NCBI GenBank assembly: GCA_011109175.1
Contig: RDEW01000001.1
Span: 1,502,360-1,566,359, forward strand
DNA length: 64,000 nucleotides
Direction: 5' to 3'
From: Dicyema japonicum
Taxonomy: Eukaryota > Animalia > Dicyemida
The notes under the pieces were generated by a model that saw only the letters and a list, made by a program, of their open reading frames with translations, made no database searches and was not told where the DNA came from. Positions 11,974 through 25,060 of the stretch are shown piece by piece. How positions within the stretch are numbered: position 1 is the stretch's first letter; each line of letters begins with the position of its first letter. The position numbers were made by a program, and so were the translations under genes.

Positions 11974-12846
11974 CATGGTGACCAACCGGTCGATCACTGA
12001 TTTTAACGCTCGATATACAAATTGCTAATTATTTTTTTGTATTTAAATTATTATAAAACATATTTATTTTTCACGTTGATGTTATAGCAAAAAGTGTAAA
12101 TTATATAAATTTAATGCCAAAAAAAGACTATTTTTACGATACACATGGAAAACTGCACATGTATGATATGTCATAAAATCATTTCATTATTTAAAAGAGG
12201 AAATCTTTGTCGGTATTTTAATTCATTACATCCCGATTTCAACAATGATTTTCCTTTAAACTCCATTATATGAAAAGAAAAAGTCGAGAAATTAAAAAAT
12301 CTTTTTTCCTAACATATAGCTTTGAAAAAATTTATTAATTCGTCCAAATTTGCAACAATTGCATCGTCGCTTCCTCGCAAAACACAAAAAACCTTTCACT
12401 GATGGTGAAAAGGGGATATTTTTTTATTATTTATTTACCCCGGATACACCGAGAAAGAAGTTAAAGTAAACAACTAATTAAGAGTCCATTAAATGCAGTT
12501 GTGGAAACCCCTTCAGTGGAGTGGGGGAGAGCAAATGATCTTTTTTTGTGCCGGCCTGGAACTGGGCGCCACCTGGACAAGTGGATCACATGACGCCACT
12601 CTAATTGGAAGAGACAGGAGGAACAGACAAGCAAGCAGAAAACCTCAGCCAATTAACCACGGAGCACCACATGGCGCCACGTAGCTAATAATCTATTTAA
12701 ATGACCTCTTTTTTTGTTCTCCTGTTTTGTTAAATAAAATCTAATATTACAAAAATTTTTTTAAATACAAAAAATGTATACAAATCGATCGCCAGAAAAT
12801 TGATATATAAAAAATAGCTCACGAGCGAAAAAGGTTAGCCACCCTG
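11974..12846 (+). mobile_element. hAT (Charlie/SPIN-like) internally deleted DNA transposon
   Basis: TIRs CATGGTGACCAACC and GGTTAGCCACCCTG match at 11/14. The 8-bp TSD CCATAATT is perfect (11966-11973, 12847-12854). The transposase N-terminal remnant reads CMICHKIISLFKRGNLCRYFNSLH...KPFTDGE. Confidence 0.9.
12418..12685 (-). mobile_element. SINE-like family B copy nested in the hAT element
   Basis: Family B head and core, with an internal deletion relative to the 39264 copy. The 3' end is GGTGTATCCGGGG-TAAATAAATAATAAAAAAA. Confidence 0.8.
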
Positions 12847-12869
12847 CCATAATTTATTTAAAAAAACGA

Positions 12870-14794
12870 TGCACTTTCCGACGAGCCACATCAGCAATCG
12901 CTCCCCTCAGACAGAACAAAATAAGATTAGGAACAAAGGAAAGGAAGAGGAACTCTAGACCTAGCAGTCAATGAGAAATATCGAACCCAAGACAATTTAT
13001 TTATTTTATAAACCCCGAAATCATGAGAATTAGGATAAAAGTTATCGTCTAATCAAGTGATCCATGTGTCCATACAAGTTTTGAAGCGCTGGATTAATCT
13101 TCACAGCGGGGAAGCTTTCTTCTCATATCTCGGGCAGGCATGCATATATAGCTTGATGTCGACTAATCCAGGACCAACCTATAAGACTTCTTGTCCACGT
13201 GGATAGAATAACCAAGAAATCTTTATCTCGCAGGACTTTGATGGTGGAAATGCGGAAACAGTACAGGACGGGTCCCTCAATCGACCTGATGGGCTCAGCT
13301 GACGTCATAAATGTTCCCGAAAATCAAATCGACGTGAAAATAATGACTTTCCGCGTTTTTTACAAGCATTTCAAAAGAAAACACGTGGATTGATTCTCTC
13401 CGTCATCCCTGGTGGTAGTTCAGCGGGAACTTTCTAACATTTTTCGAGTGAAAACTACGACAAGCTTTGACCGTGAAAAAACGGAATTTGCCGAAGTTCA
13501 AATAATTTGCTTTGATGACGGATTTCCGTCGCGGAAAGTGTCGCGGAACTTGATGGTTACGGATTCTTTCTTAGTTTTTTAGTTAATGATCGAGGATGTC
13601 AACGACAACCCCCGTTTTTCTTGAATCCGCAGAAGAATCGACTCGAGATTTTTGAAAACCAAAAAATGGGGACCTTAGTTGGAAAGATTGAAATCGAGGA
13701 CTTAGATGTACGCAAGGAATGGATCTGCAAGGTCGAGGACACATCTTTTCTGATCGACTCGAAAACTTGTGAGCTATACTCCAAGAAGGTCTTCGATTAT
13801 GAGGAGATTAAGCAAGTCATGGTCACGGTGGAACTGTTGGATTCTTCATGTGCCCTCCCTTCCCCGGTCTCGGGAGTTCTCCGTGGTTATCAAAGACCTC
13901 AACGACAATCGTCCCAACTTTGTCTTCAAATCTTGTTCAATTTACGTTCCTTTGAGAAATCGCGGAAACTTCGCGGTGGGTTCAATCCTCGCCGTCGACA
14001 AAGATTCGGGGAATAACGGAAAAGTGGAGTATTCTCTGAGTGGAACAAACTGGAAAACAGACGAAGCCGACATTTCCGTGAACTGGAATAACAGAGACAT
14101 TTGTCTAACGAATCACGACAACGAAAAGGGGAGAGTCGTCTACTTTACAGCTCATGTGGCTGACGGGGAGTTCCTCCTTTGCGGAACAGCATGTTCTGTG
14201 CGTTGTATCTCCTCGAATTAAAGGATGAATTTTTCTTCGATTACGGAATTCCGTCGAAATACGTTGAAATATTGAAAAACGAGACATTTCTGCTGAGAAA
14301 CTCAAATAGAAAACAGCCACACGTGGACTTAATCTACGAAATGACTGGAGGGGATGACTGGCTGGATATTGACGACAAATCAGGGGACATTTTCCTGACA
14401 AAGGACGTTGAGAATCACTCAGTGCATCAAAAAGTGACCCTTAAAGCGAGATCAAAGCAAAGTTACGCTTATAACCGATCGATGGACCTGATCTTCTACA
14501 CACTAGGAAATGAAGGCCCACGTGATTGGAATTATGGGGGGAAGACCAGTTTTTCATTGATGGGAGGAGTCGCTGGTCTTCTTATTTTACTTGTGATCTC
14601 CATCTTCTACTGAGGCACCGAAGAAAAACTCAGAAGGTATGATTTCTATCCACGTGTAGAAGACTGAGGGCCGACCAACTCCAATCAAAGTCGAGGACCA
14701 CTCAATAAGGGAAGGAGTAGCTAGATCTCCTCAGGGAAGGTTTACCTTCAAGGATGCGGATAGACTGAGGCTTGGAGAGTCTGTAATAATTTGA
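12870..14794 (+). pseudogene. Protocadherin-like gene with several cadherin repeats, a TM segment and a short tail; disrupted
   Basis: Motifs include FDRE, IEDVNDNP, IKDLNDNRP, AVDKDSGNNG, DGGVPPL and a hydrophobic TM (GVAGLLILLVISIF). Micro-introns lie at ~13556-13582 and ~14637-14659. There are at least 3 single-base frameshifts (mostly in homopolymers) and an in-frame TGA. The 5' start is uncertain and abuts the hAT end, so it could be an intact gene with assembly errors. Confidence 0.7.
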
Positions 14795-15499
14795 TTCGTG
14801 TAACCTTGATGAGCTTATCTTCTCTCATTTTATGGTAGTCACGTGGTTTCTAGAAACAATTTGGAAGTATTCTTGTGTCGTTATCCAGCTGATGCGCCAA
14901 GACTGCATTTTCTGTGCAAGGAAATGCGGTCAATGAGCCGGATCCTTACTCTTTGATCTTTTTTCCTCTTTGCGATAAGCGATCTGATACTACTCGACAG
15001 AATCAGTGATCTGCTCTTATGAGTTTCGATGTTCCACGACGACTGGCTCAGAGATGAATTGTCCACCGAGAAATTCATATTTTTTTCTTTAGCGTCCCAG
15101 GTTCTCCGAACCAGAGCCTGGGTTAGTTGCAGTCATTGAAAGGTTGGAAGGAGAAGGTCTATCACACAGGTGGCGTTCCAGAGTAGGTATCTACCACTTT
15201 CCAATTGGAAGAGAGTTGTTCCACCAGGCTTTTTGTTGGCTGGATTTGAGAGTCATGTTAAGACATTCTCCAAGAGATTCACATCACGAGTTAACCATCT
15301 AGGACCAGTTGGCAGATAACCAATAAATATATGATTTATATAAAAATTTGTCATTTGAATAATGGCCCTGTAGTCAGTTGGGCACAGTAGTATTTAAACG
15401 TACACTGTGTGTTGCTATCATAAAGGGAAGGTATGATAGTGTTAACTTCAATTAATTCGAGCTGATTGATTGCACGGCTAAATTTTACTAAATATTAGT

Positions 15500-16300
15500 T
15501 GATGATTTTTTTAAAAACTTTGCATCAGTAGTCTTCCATGGAAAAGCTAGGTGGAATCCGGTAATATAACCACCCGATTAGTTGGTTTAACTACTTTTTG
15601 ATGTCTTGGCGGCTAACATAATTGTAACAGTTAAGAAGTAGATATCCGACAGGTGCAGAATTCGTAGACGGACCGAATAAGAGAGGATGTATTCTGGTCG
15701 ATGTTCCCCTTTTCAGGTAACATAATAATTTAGAATGTCGATATTAGAAACCGCCTTAAGGAGTGCTATTCATCATGTCCTTTTTTTAAAAAGTTGGCAT
15801 TCAATAAACCACACACCAAACTCTCCACTTGGGCTAGAGGGCACAGATGGTTTAGCCAAGAAATAATTTGTGATCTCCGTAGATATATGTTCAGAGAGAC
15901 TGAGTGACAGTTCCTTGTTAATATGCGAGGTCTCTCCAATTTCGGTTTAACAATTGATGGTTTTCGTTATTCTTGGAATTGCTCCCATAAAACGAGGAGA
16001 GTCCCTTATCAGGAAGTATTCTCATAATAACAAGCTTGTGAAGTCGGATTGAATATACAATCTCCCATTTGACATTTTAATTGGCTTATAAACTACAATA
16101 CCACAAAAAATTTGGAAGCACACTTATCTCTTTAATTCTGAAGCCTGAGAGACCCTGCTTCATAACAGCCAATTTGGATTAATTTTCATCTTTCCTCGTA
16201 CCATCTTCTATAACCGGATTTCAGATGGATTTCGTAGCGTACCACATAAGACAGTGGGGATAATAAAATTATTTTCTTGGAATAAGAAATTATTCATAAA
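15500..16300 (-). mobile_element. Highly decayed LINE RT fragment
   Basis: Remnants resemble NYRPISLTS..LKILE.IIRD.L and D.IY.DF.KAF. Confidence 0.45.
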
Positions 16301-16489
16301 GGCCTTCACACGAAGATAATGTCCAATCTTCTCACAAGTCTTGTAAGCTATTATTGTTCAATCTATGCAAGAGAACATCGGTGAGTTCATCGAAACAATC
16401 TGAACACCAGGAAAAGATGCGAAAAGTGCTGAGGGAGGCCGGGATCACCTGAATTTTCTCATTATAGCTATGACGGTGGTTTCTGATTA

Positions 16490-17450
16490 ATAAATTTAAT
16501 AGTTGGTGGTGGAATGGTGATAAATACGTCGTTACTTTGAAATGTTTCTTTACCGAACGATGCGATCACTGTGTATCACAAGGATTTCGACGTGGATGGA
16601 GACATCCAGTCTGTCACCATCAAGTCAGAATTTCTTAGACATTACAGATACCAATTGAATGCGTTTATCCTTGGATGTCATCGGCGTATGGTAGGAGGAT
16701 CGTTTTCTGGGTAATTAGGATGTCACTGAGGTATGGGCTAAAAGTGATGGTGAGAGAACGGATCCCCGAGGAACCTTTGGGGAGGTAGCGGAATCGGGAC
16801 ATATGGGAATGAAAACATAGAGGTAGTCTGAAATCTCGTTCAAAATCTTCGATACAACTGACGAATAGCTCTGTAGGAGGAATCCTTGTTGTTTTTAAGT
16901 CCAGGGATAATTATCGATTTCTTTCATAATGAAGAATAAAACACGAGTTATTGAGAATTCATAAATGGCCTTGAGTCCACCAGGTACGAGGTGTTTCAAG
17001 TGGAGGATACATAGGCTATCAAGGCCTTTGGCAGGAGAGTTGCGCGAATTTTGGATCAAGTCATGGATTAGCGTTATGGGAACTTGGATCTTTTTGACCT
17101 TAATGAAACGTCAATCCCCACCACTAGCTCTATCAAAATACTGAGGATCATACTCGAACCTCTTATGACCTTCAGATAACATGCCAGCAACATAATGTCC
17201 TCCTCCCAGCGAAAACTAAATTTTGTAAAGAATGTTTCTACATTTGTAAGCGTACGAGTCTATCTCTTGAGCGGACTATTGTTCATCAACAGTTTAGACT
17301 TGTCTAGACACTGTCTGAGCAAGAAGATATTACTCACTTTCCTCTCTGACTGCTTTGGACAATCAACCTACTCTCGTTATCGATACCTGGCAAACGGCTT
17401 ATTTTATAGCTCGTTTTTCTTACCGACATAGTTTACCTATTAAGCTTACC
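16490..17450 (+). mobile_element. Decayed LINE (APE endonuclease and RT thumb remnants)
   Basis: A GG...YV..IQSVTIK..YR APE-like segment and an LRIILEPLMTF..HASNIMSSSQRKLNFVK thumb-like segment. Confidence 0.45.
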
Positions 17451-17739
17451 GACAACCCATAACAAATTTCTACTTTTCATGGCGATGCCTCACGCCATCT
17501 TGATGTAATCACTGGGCCCTCCAAGAACATCTTAACAATATTTCAGTTCAAATTACTCCGTACTGATGGGAGAGTCATTTTGTCAGTGCAAAGAGAGTTT
17601 GCCAATTATCCAGGAAATTTATCAGAACAACGATGAACTATGCTCCACTCAATCGCCACTTAAACACCCCACGACATGGTTTCCTAACCCCATCAAAATT
17701 CTTGGCCTCAATAAGCCTCTTGACGTATATCGGCTAACA

Positions 17740-17964
17740 TTATCGGAATCGAATCTTCTTACTGCTGATTGGGGATTTTATTACACAAATCGCTTTCCTT
17801 CTAAGTGCCATCAGATGACAGTCGAGAAATGGCTGAGGATGGTCAGGGGACTTTGCTATCTTGAAGAAGTCCCTGTGGCGTTCCGTAAGGAATTCCATAA
17901 TTGGGGGGACGTTTAGTGTTCTCCGTAGTAACGAAGAAGTGATAACGGGGCGAACCCAATACAA
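17740..17964 (-). mobile_element. Jockey/I-like LINE C-terminal fragment
   Basis: WVRPVITSSLLRRTLNVPPIMEFLTERHRDFFKIAKSPDHP resembles the PWYVRN..LHRDL.IP.I.E...FF....HPNP C-terminal motif. Confidence 0.45.
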
Positions 17965-18083
17965 ATTTCAACAGAGATCAATATTCTATCAATTAATAAT
18001 TTTGATAATAACAAAAAGCGATAAAAACTAATTTTAATAATTATTTTTAAATTATAATAATTTCATCATAAAGAATTGACGTG

Positions 18084-18488
18084 ATGGATTGCTCAATGTT
18101 AAATATGAGTCAACTCATGTCTATGGGAGTTTCCGAAGAGTATGCATCCCTAGTCTACTTCCTCTATCTTTTCATCAGGAGAGGTTAATATACTACTCAC
18201 CTATTCAGAATGCGACATCATCAATTATACGCTAACAGGTTCAAAAATCCACATATACGCCAAATTCGGAGACAAGGAGTACGCCTTCACTCCGATCTGG
18301 GCATACTCAAAGCTCCCTTTTGAAGAACTAGAAAAACTGCTCGTATCTGAAACGCAGTATATCCACGTGGGTCATAATTTAGGACTATTTTGGCCGTCAT
18401 GGATTCAAATGCCGATATAATTTTTTATAAAATTAGCAATAATTTCAGACCGGCGAACCATCCAGACAATAAATTTTTTTTAATTTAA
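18084..18488 (+). CDS. TSEN15: tRNA-splicing endonuclease subunit SEN15-like (3 exons, not in ORF track)
   Basis: Removing introns 18184-18208 (25 nt) and 18357-18382 (26 nt) gives an open ~117-aa frame. It ends ...TILAVMDSNADIIFYKISNNFRP, matching the Sen15 C-terminal LAIVESDSTIVYYKLTDGF motif. The N-terminal A.LVY.LYL is also Sen15-like. Confidence 0.72.
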
Positions 18489-18523
18489 GTTTTTAAAAAA
18501 TAATTTTCATATCAAAAATAATG

Positions 18524-21500
18524 TCATCCCACAAGATCGTCATACAAACGTACATCGGACATGAGAGCACTGACATTTTCAATGAACTGAGAGTACTCCT
18601 GAAATAACACGTCTTCTTACATTCTTGGAGCTACTCCACGAAATTTCCAACATCGGATAGCTTAGCGCAGGCAAGTTGATGCCGGTGACATAGTGGGATA
18701 TCACTTGGTTGAATAACTTCCAGTCCGAGTCGGCGACATCAAAAAGAAGAGTCATTGCGTCCTCCCAGATCAAAGCAAAGTCTTCCGATCTCATCAGGGA
18801 CAGACAGTTCTCCACAATATTAGCAAATAAGAGATCCTTGAACTGGGAGTTAGTTAGGTAGAGTACACATAATAAAATTTTGTTTCTCTTTATAAAATTC
18901 TTTAAAAGCTTGAGATTTTTCTGTCCGAGTTCCAAGTCTGCCTCGAAGAAGGACGCCTCGTAAGCCTGTGTGCTGACCAACGTTACCTGTACAATCAGCA
19001 TGAATAGCTTTTGGCTGGACTCGCACGTGAACACATCTGGCTCGGACTTTGGTACGAAAAAGTTCCACTGATAGGTCAAAATGGACTCCAAAACGTCAAA
19101 TATAATCCTCAGTCCACTCACGGGGGATATTTGCTGAAATGCCAAAATCAAGCAACCTTAGAAAAGGAGAAGAATCTTTCATTGAGCAGAACATTGAGGA
19201 CATCTCCAACCAGGGGGTAGAATGAGGTATTAGTGCGTTGGAAAGCTACTGAAATGGATGTGAGGAGACTGTGTGAGAAATAAACGAGACCTGTCGAAAA
19301 TATTCGAATTATTTTTTAAATATTGGACAAAGGGGGAGTCGTGGAGAGATGAGAAGCAGTCACAGAATATCTGAGATTATAAACACGTGGACTTTGAATA
19401 TGTTTTTGACAATATCCACAGAAATCCCCGACCCAAACGACTGCATAATGCAAGTAATAAATTCAAAATACTCCGGACATAGGTTTCCTACCCGTTTATA
19501 AGCAAATAACCTTCTAAAAGCGAGTTTGAATTAAGCTGAGTGACCAGACTTGCTATGACGTCATTGAATGACGTCATACAAATTTCCCTGCTTTTGGCCG
19601 ACCCCTCATGTCCGAGGACTGATACGATTTTACCACCACATAACATGAACAGGGATTTGTCTAATGGGGAAATGAACAAAACTTAGATTGTGGTACAGAT
19701 TTTTGATAAACAGAGAATATTCCGAAATTCTCGAGTCCCATTGCTGTTCCCCCAGCGTGGGACACTCCACGGAAGTAGCAGAAAATTGGAGTAGGAGACA
19801 AAAAGTTCACTCTTGGTCTAAAATAAAATTATGATCCAACCCGATCGGGGATTACGACCGATCCAAACAGGGAATTTATTAAATTTAGATAAACGGGCAT
19901 CAAAGACAACTTTGGGAGGGGAGGACGGACCGTCTGCATAAAAGTCCTCATCAGAACAGCAGCTGAGTGAAGGACCGAGTCACTTTTCTATCATCAAAAT
20001 AGCATGGACCAACCAGAGTCTCAGAAAATGTTCTCATGGACACAGAAATCACAGCATTGATTATGTCCTTCGACTTCTCCAACCCATGAACTGCATGGTA
20101 CTCCTTCACCCACGTGGAAAACATTTGACAGGTCTCAAAAGCGTTAATCAGGCTGAAATAGGACAAATGCATACAGAATGTCCTGTGAGAGAGACTGGAG
20201 GACCGTGATCAGTTTGATGAGGCTGTGATTACTAAACAACCAACCAAGCCAGATGACTATTGGCGATATCAAAGTACTCCTCAAACGAAGACGCAAATAT
20301 TGGAACGAAGGACCCGGTTATTTTGAGAGAGATCGTCAGCTGGTCAACCAGTCGTTGGGGGACTGGAATATAAGTGACCACAATTACACGTGTTCTGGGA
20401 GTAAAGTTCTCCATAGAGTCTGTGGGAGAAGTCATTCTGTAAAATGGTTATGATAGCATACCAGGTAAGTTAGGACGTCACGTGGGTACAGAATAATTGC
20501 CCTGTTTAGGAGTGAGAGAAAGGCATGAAGGAGGTCGCACTGGGAGTGACTAAGTGACCAACCTCTTCGACACAGTCTTCGTAGACAGAGTTATTGACGA
20601 CATTGCAGGTACACAGTCGGTCGATGAGGTCGAAGATGAGTTTACAAACAATATTTTTGAGTTTTGAGTCGTTCTCTACAGTTTGGACACCCTTGATGAG
20701 CTCAAGGTACTTGTCCCAGAGATTGACGCATTCCAGGAGATGATCTTGCTTGTTCTTGGGTAACACAAATAAAATAAACGCAGAAAAACGTGAGACAGTA
20801 AAATACTTGAATCCAACTATTCTGGCCGTACAGGTCAAATTTAACCACGAATTTGTCGATAAAAATTTTGAAAAATTCCACAAATTTATCGAATAATCTA
20901 CGATTCAAGCAAATCCAGACAGGTTGTCGAACGGATCACTTCCACTGAAGACCCTCGAGTAGTTCTCCGTGAGCTTGGAAAGTGGTTTTTGAAGCTCACA
21001 CAGGCACTGTCCGATGGTTTGAACAGTGATCGAGTCATTTTTAACGATTCCGAGTTTGTCGCGGATTATGAGGTTCAGAATCCCGAGACTTAGCCCGGAG
21101 AGTTCGTTCCCCCGCAGAAAGCCGACTAAACGTGAGTTGTGGTAATATCAACATTTGAAATCACGTTTGTCCCCAATTCCAACATAGTTGAACAGAACGG
21201 TGAGGAAGTTGACATCCAAGGACTCTGTCTTGGAGAAGGGGATCACATTCCCGACAAATTTTAATAGATTACAAGCCACGGTGTGACAGAACGTGTTATC
21301 CACCATCTCCCGACTGGTTTCGACTAAAGTGAATATAAGTTCCTCACAGAAATCACTGAAAAAAACCGGGGATTCTTTCTGGTCAGTGTTAAGGGAGTAG
21401 AAAAATCCGAGAATTCCTAAAAATGGTGAAAACGTCTTACCGAAGGTAGTGATAAGCATCTGTGAGATCTGAGTCCTCATCCCTTCTTCCAACTCACGGA

Positions 21501-22034
21501 AATCTTCGTCTGAGGACTCCCTTCGGATTTGTGAAATGTTGGGAGACACTGAGCAGCATTTGTGAGCCAATCAGCACAGTTTTAAAACTGGAGAGTACCT
21601 ACAACGGTTAAACACGAGGAATGACTTGGAGGATCTTGTTGGTCATGTGGATGGGAGAGGTTGAGAGGTTGTACTTGGAAGTGAGGACAATCAGGTCGGC
21701 CAGCTTAGCCCCAACAACAGAATTTGAGCTAGAAATGGCAATTGGCCACAAAAATGAATTAATTTCGTTAATAAATTCAGAATTGACCGAAAAAAGACAT
21801 TTCCGTTTAATGTGGCGCTCGAGCATAGAAATAGCCGAGACGTAGACAAAGTCCACGTGGGTCTCCCTTAAAATTTGTAGACATAGTTTTCCGCAGTATT
21901 CTTCGACTTCGAATGATCTGAGTCCGTCATCTAAATTGGTGTAAACACGTCAAACTGAGTTGGGCAGCTTTGCAGGAGGGGACGGCTGGGTCGTACAGTT
22001 GGTGAAATATTGTGACCAATAAAGACGAATCCAT
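18524..22034 (-). CDS. XPO6: Exportin-6, multi-exon
   Basis: The N-terminus is importin-beta-like. The C-terminal ILTYQWNFF, YEASFFEADLELGQKNLKLL, IWEDAMTLLFDVADSDW and QEYSQFIENVSALMSDVRLY match XPO6 motifs. Introns read are 22, 25 and 27 nt. At least one single-base indel near 21520 is a probable assembly error. Confidence 0.8.
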
Positions 22035-22727
22035 AAATAAATAATCTTAGTGAATGAGTCGAAAGATAATAATAATTAAAACTGAATTTTAAATTTAAAT
22101 TTACTTTTCAAATATATTTATTTTATAAATATTTATTATGTAAATGAAAAACAAAAAATTAAAGTTATGGGACCACAGCTCTGACTGAATGGCTGTACAC
22201 CTTCTAGCGGAGGGAAATACTCTCGATAGCCAGTAGCGTTGCGTGGGAAAATGTCCGAGGATCCAGAGGTTTCCATGGTATTTTAATTTTTAAATATTCT
22301 TTAGAAAAGTCAATTTTGAGAATTTTCCTAAATAATCTGATAATTCGGGAATTTTGTTATTTTTCTTCTATTTTTTGGAAATATTTATTCTGACCTAATA
22401 AGGCTATATTTAACTAATTTTTTACATAATCATGGGTCAAGGTCCCTGAAGATGAATTCATCGTAACTCCAACAAACTTGTTTAACTGACATGTGATTAT
22501 TGACTGATTTGTGTGAGGAAAGAAGGAATAAAGTTGGCAGTAAACTCCCGCATCAGGAGAAGATCATCATCCTGATTTTACTATGACGTCATAGTCATTT
22601 TATAACGTCAAAAATCCTTCATTATGTTGCTAATTCGGGTTAACATTAAAAAAGCTCGATTTTGTCATAGGTCCCAATTATTTATCTCTGACGGCATAAC
22701 TGACGCGATAGAGATCAGCTGAAAGAA

Positions 22728-24560
22728 TCATATAACTTGGTGGACGTCAAGTCTTCTGGCTGTGGCCAGAGCCAGGTTTTGAGGAAAGATAAAGTTCTGT
22801 TCGATATTCCGAGCATTTACGCTAACAAAATTATTGTCGTCATGGTAACACGTCTTCCAAATAAACTCACATTGCGAGGGATTTGTTTCTGCTTCAATCG
22901 GACTTCGGGAACTGTCTGTGATTATCGTGAGTATATTTATTTTTGGACGAAAAGAAGAGAGATGATTGAGTCGAATAGGAGGGTGTGGGAGAGATGTCAA
23001 TCAACTCCCAATTTTCAACTACTATGATGCGGTAGATACTCTTGAAGTTACGAAGATATTACATGTGTTTAACATCCTCAATATTCCCCTGGAGACTCAA
23101 AGATTCGGTCACTGGGAGTTGTTTGATTATTGGAAGTACCCCTCTTCGGCGTATTCACCCCTCTAAGACTACTGTTATATATATCTGTTAGTGACCATAA
23201 GAGTAAATGACCTTGATTCATATTAACAATCATTCTATACGTATAGCTTCAGACAGATGATCCCTTGAGTTCTTTAATTTGGCTTGGCGAGATCCGAGCC
23301 CTGATAAGTGTTCTTTATGAGTATAATATCACTTGTTGTGGATACCGAAGTTTTTGCAGACCTCCTGAATCATCTCCGTTGTCCTTCGACAACTTCTGCC
23401 ACATCTGACTTGTAAAAATAATAAGAAGGTTGGTAACGAGTCCCAATCTCTTCTACCTATAATTTTGAAGGATCTCAAAGGGTAGAATCTAGATGGGATA
23501 TTCTGTGTGGGCAAAAAGGGATAATTATTTACATTATTTTATCAACCTCAAGACCGCAAAAAGACTAAACGAGATTCAAACCGGGTCACTTCATTTGTTC
23601 AGAACGAAAGGTTTCCGATGTTTCCTGAGTCTAATCTGATCGCAAGAAGGGGATAAGGGCTCTCACCCATCATGAAACCAAATAGATATTCCGTCCAATA
23701 GAGGTACGGCGACACTTCAGCCTCCATACCGACTAATCACTTGGATAACTAATTAACTTTAAACTCCAAGAATTCCTTGGAGTATTATCGGGATTTCTCT
23801 ACAAAATGAATTTATTTTTTGTTTTATTATTATTTAATATTGATATTCTGGGCCAATTGGACTAAATTTTCCCAGTATTCTTATATTTTTGATGATAGAA
23901 TGAACATAACTGAGAGAGAACGGAAGCGAAGATTTTGTCCACTAGGCGCACCTCTGTTGTGGTCTCCACATAAAGTTACGTTCCTATCTGAACAGAATCG
24001 GAAAACTGTCCTCACCACCTTGCCCATCGTGTCTTCTTGAGTTCCACACAGCACCAAATACACATGCTGAATCTATGGAGCGTCCAATCTTGGCTGTGAC
24101 GTTTCCACAGGGACCGGGGGTGAAAATATAAACTGAGAGAGACGGATACCCTCGAGACATATTCTAAGGATCTTTTCGTTTCCAATGAAATTATTTTTAC
24201 TTTCATAAAATCAGATTGACGTTTTCGTCTAAAAAAGATAAAAGCCTTGATACCTTCATCCGATCGATACTTGTTTTGTCCTAATTTCTTCCCCGTCTCC
24301 TCATCCATGTTCACGAGAAGAAGAAAGGAAACGGCTTTCATCAATCATCAAGTTGAGTAGAAACTCCGTGCAATACAAGTACGTCATCTCCTACCTTCAA
24401 CCGATTGAACTCTCATTCGAATCTTCTAGAAACGTTGACTCAGAATATCGAACGGTCTCCTGCTAAACCAAAACACCAGAGACTAATAGTTTTTCAAGAA
24501 GTTCCCAACGGGGGGTACTGGAGGTAACACTCACATTACCATCATAAGTTAAAATAATGA
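22728..24560 (-). pseudogene. Unassigned decayed coding-like region, possibly FG-GAP/integrin-alpha-like
   Basis: Patchy ORFs with candidate micro-introns. Motifs VYIFTPG, GDHNRGAP and YLFGF..YPLLAI only loosely resemble FG-GAP repeats. Confidence 0.2.
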
Positions 24561-24849
24561 AAATGACTATTATGCAGTAACTAACTTCTCTGTCGTAGAT
24601 CTATCCTTTTATTTACCCCCTGTCCTTCGAGTAGGTGCTTAACAAAGACAGAGGGTGATCTGATGCGGGGGGTATGGAAGATGGGCCATTCTAGTAATTT
24701 TCGGCAACGACTTGTCAAAAATCAGAGATCTTGAAAATTCAGAAGTGAGCCAACAGAAGAACCTGCTAAAGATTACAAGTTCGGCCTTTTCTTAATTTAG
24801 CAGTAATATAGCCGGGAGTCATATTTGCCAGACGAATGTGATAATGTGA

Positions 24850-25060
24850 TACCTCATGGGGAACCTTAAGTGGTGGACAAAATCCATTAGGTTCGAATCC
24901 CTCTACTGCCCATCCTGATCGAAGGTTCCACGAATCTACGATGACGAGTGGCACCGTCATCAATATTACCTCACCGCGGAATGTCTGAGGGGACTTATGC
25001 AACCAAAAGAAAAAAGTTAAGAGCATGCCTGACCCCCTTTCAACGAACTGTTCCTTCCCT
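24850..25060 (+). mobile_element. SINE-like family A copy
   Basis: B-box GGTTCGAATCC at 24890-24900, followed by GAAGGTTCCACG.ATCTACGATGACGAGTGGCACCGTCATCA, CACCGCGGAA and AAAAGTTAAGAGCA. Confidence 0.7.

Noticed and set aside
12493-12684. Similar short ORFs at 12461/12493 and 39309/39409
   Set aside because: They are translations of the non-coding family B repeat.
14881-15300. Minus-strand ORF downstream of the cadherin
   Set aside because: It has no recognisable motif and no reliable start.
22165-22290. GC-richer island upstream of XPO6 with an X-box-like GTTTCCATGGTA, as a candidate ncRNA or RFX site
   Set aside because: It matches no snRNA or SL RNA features I can recognise, the X-box is imperfect, and similar motifs occur inside repeats.
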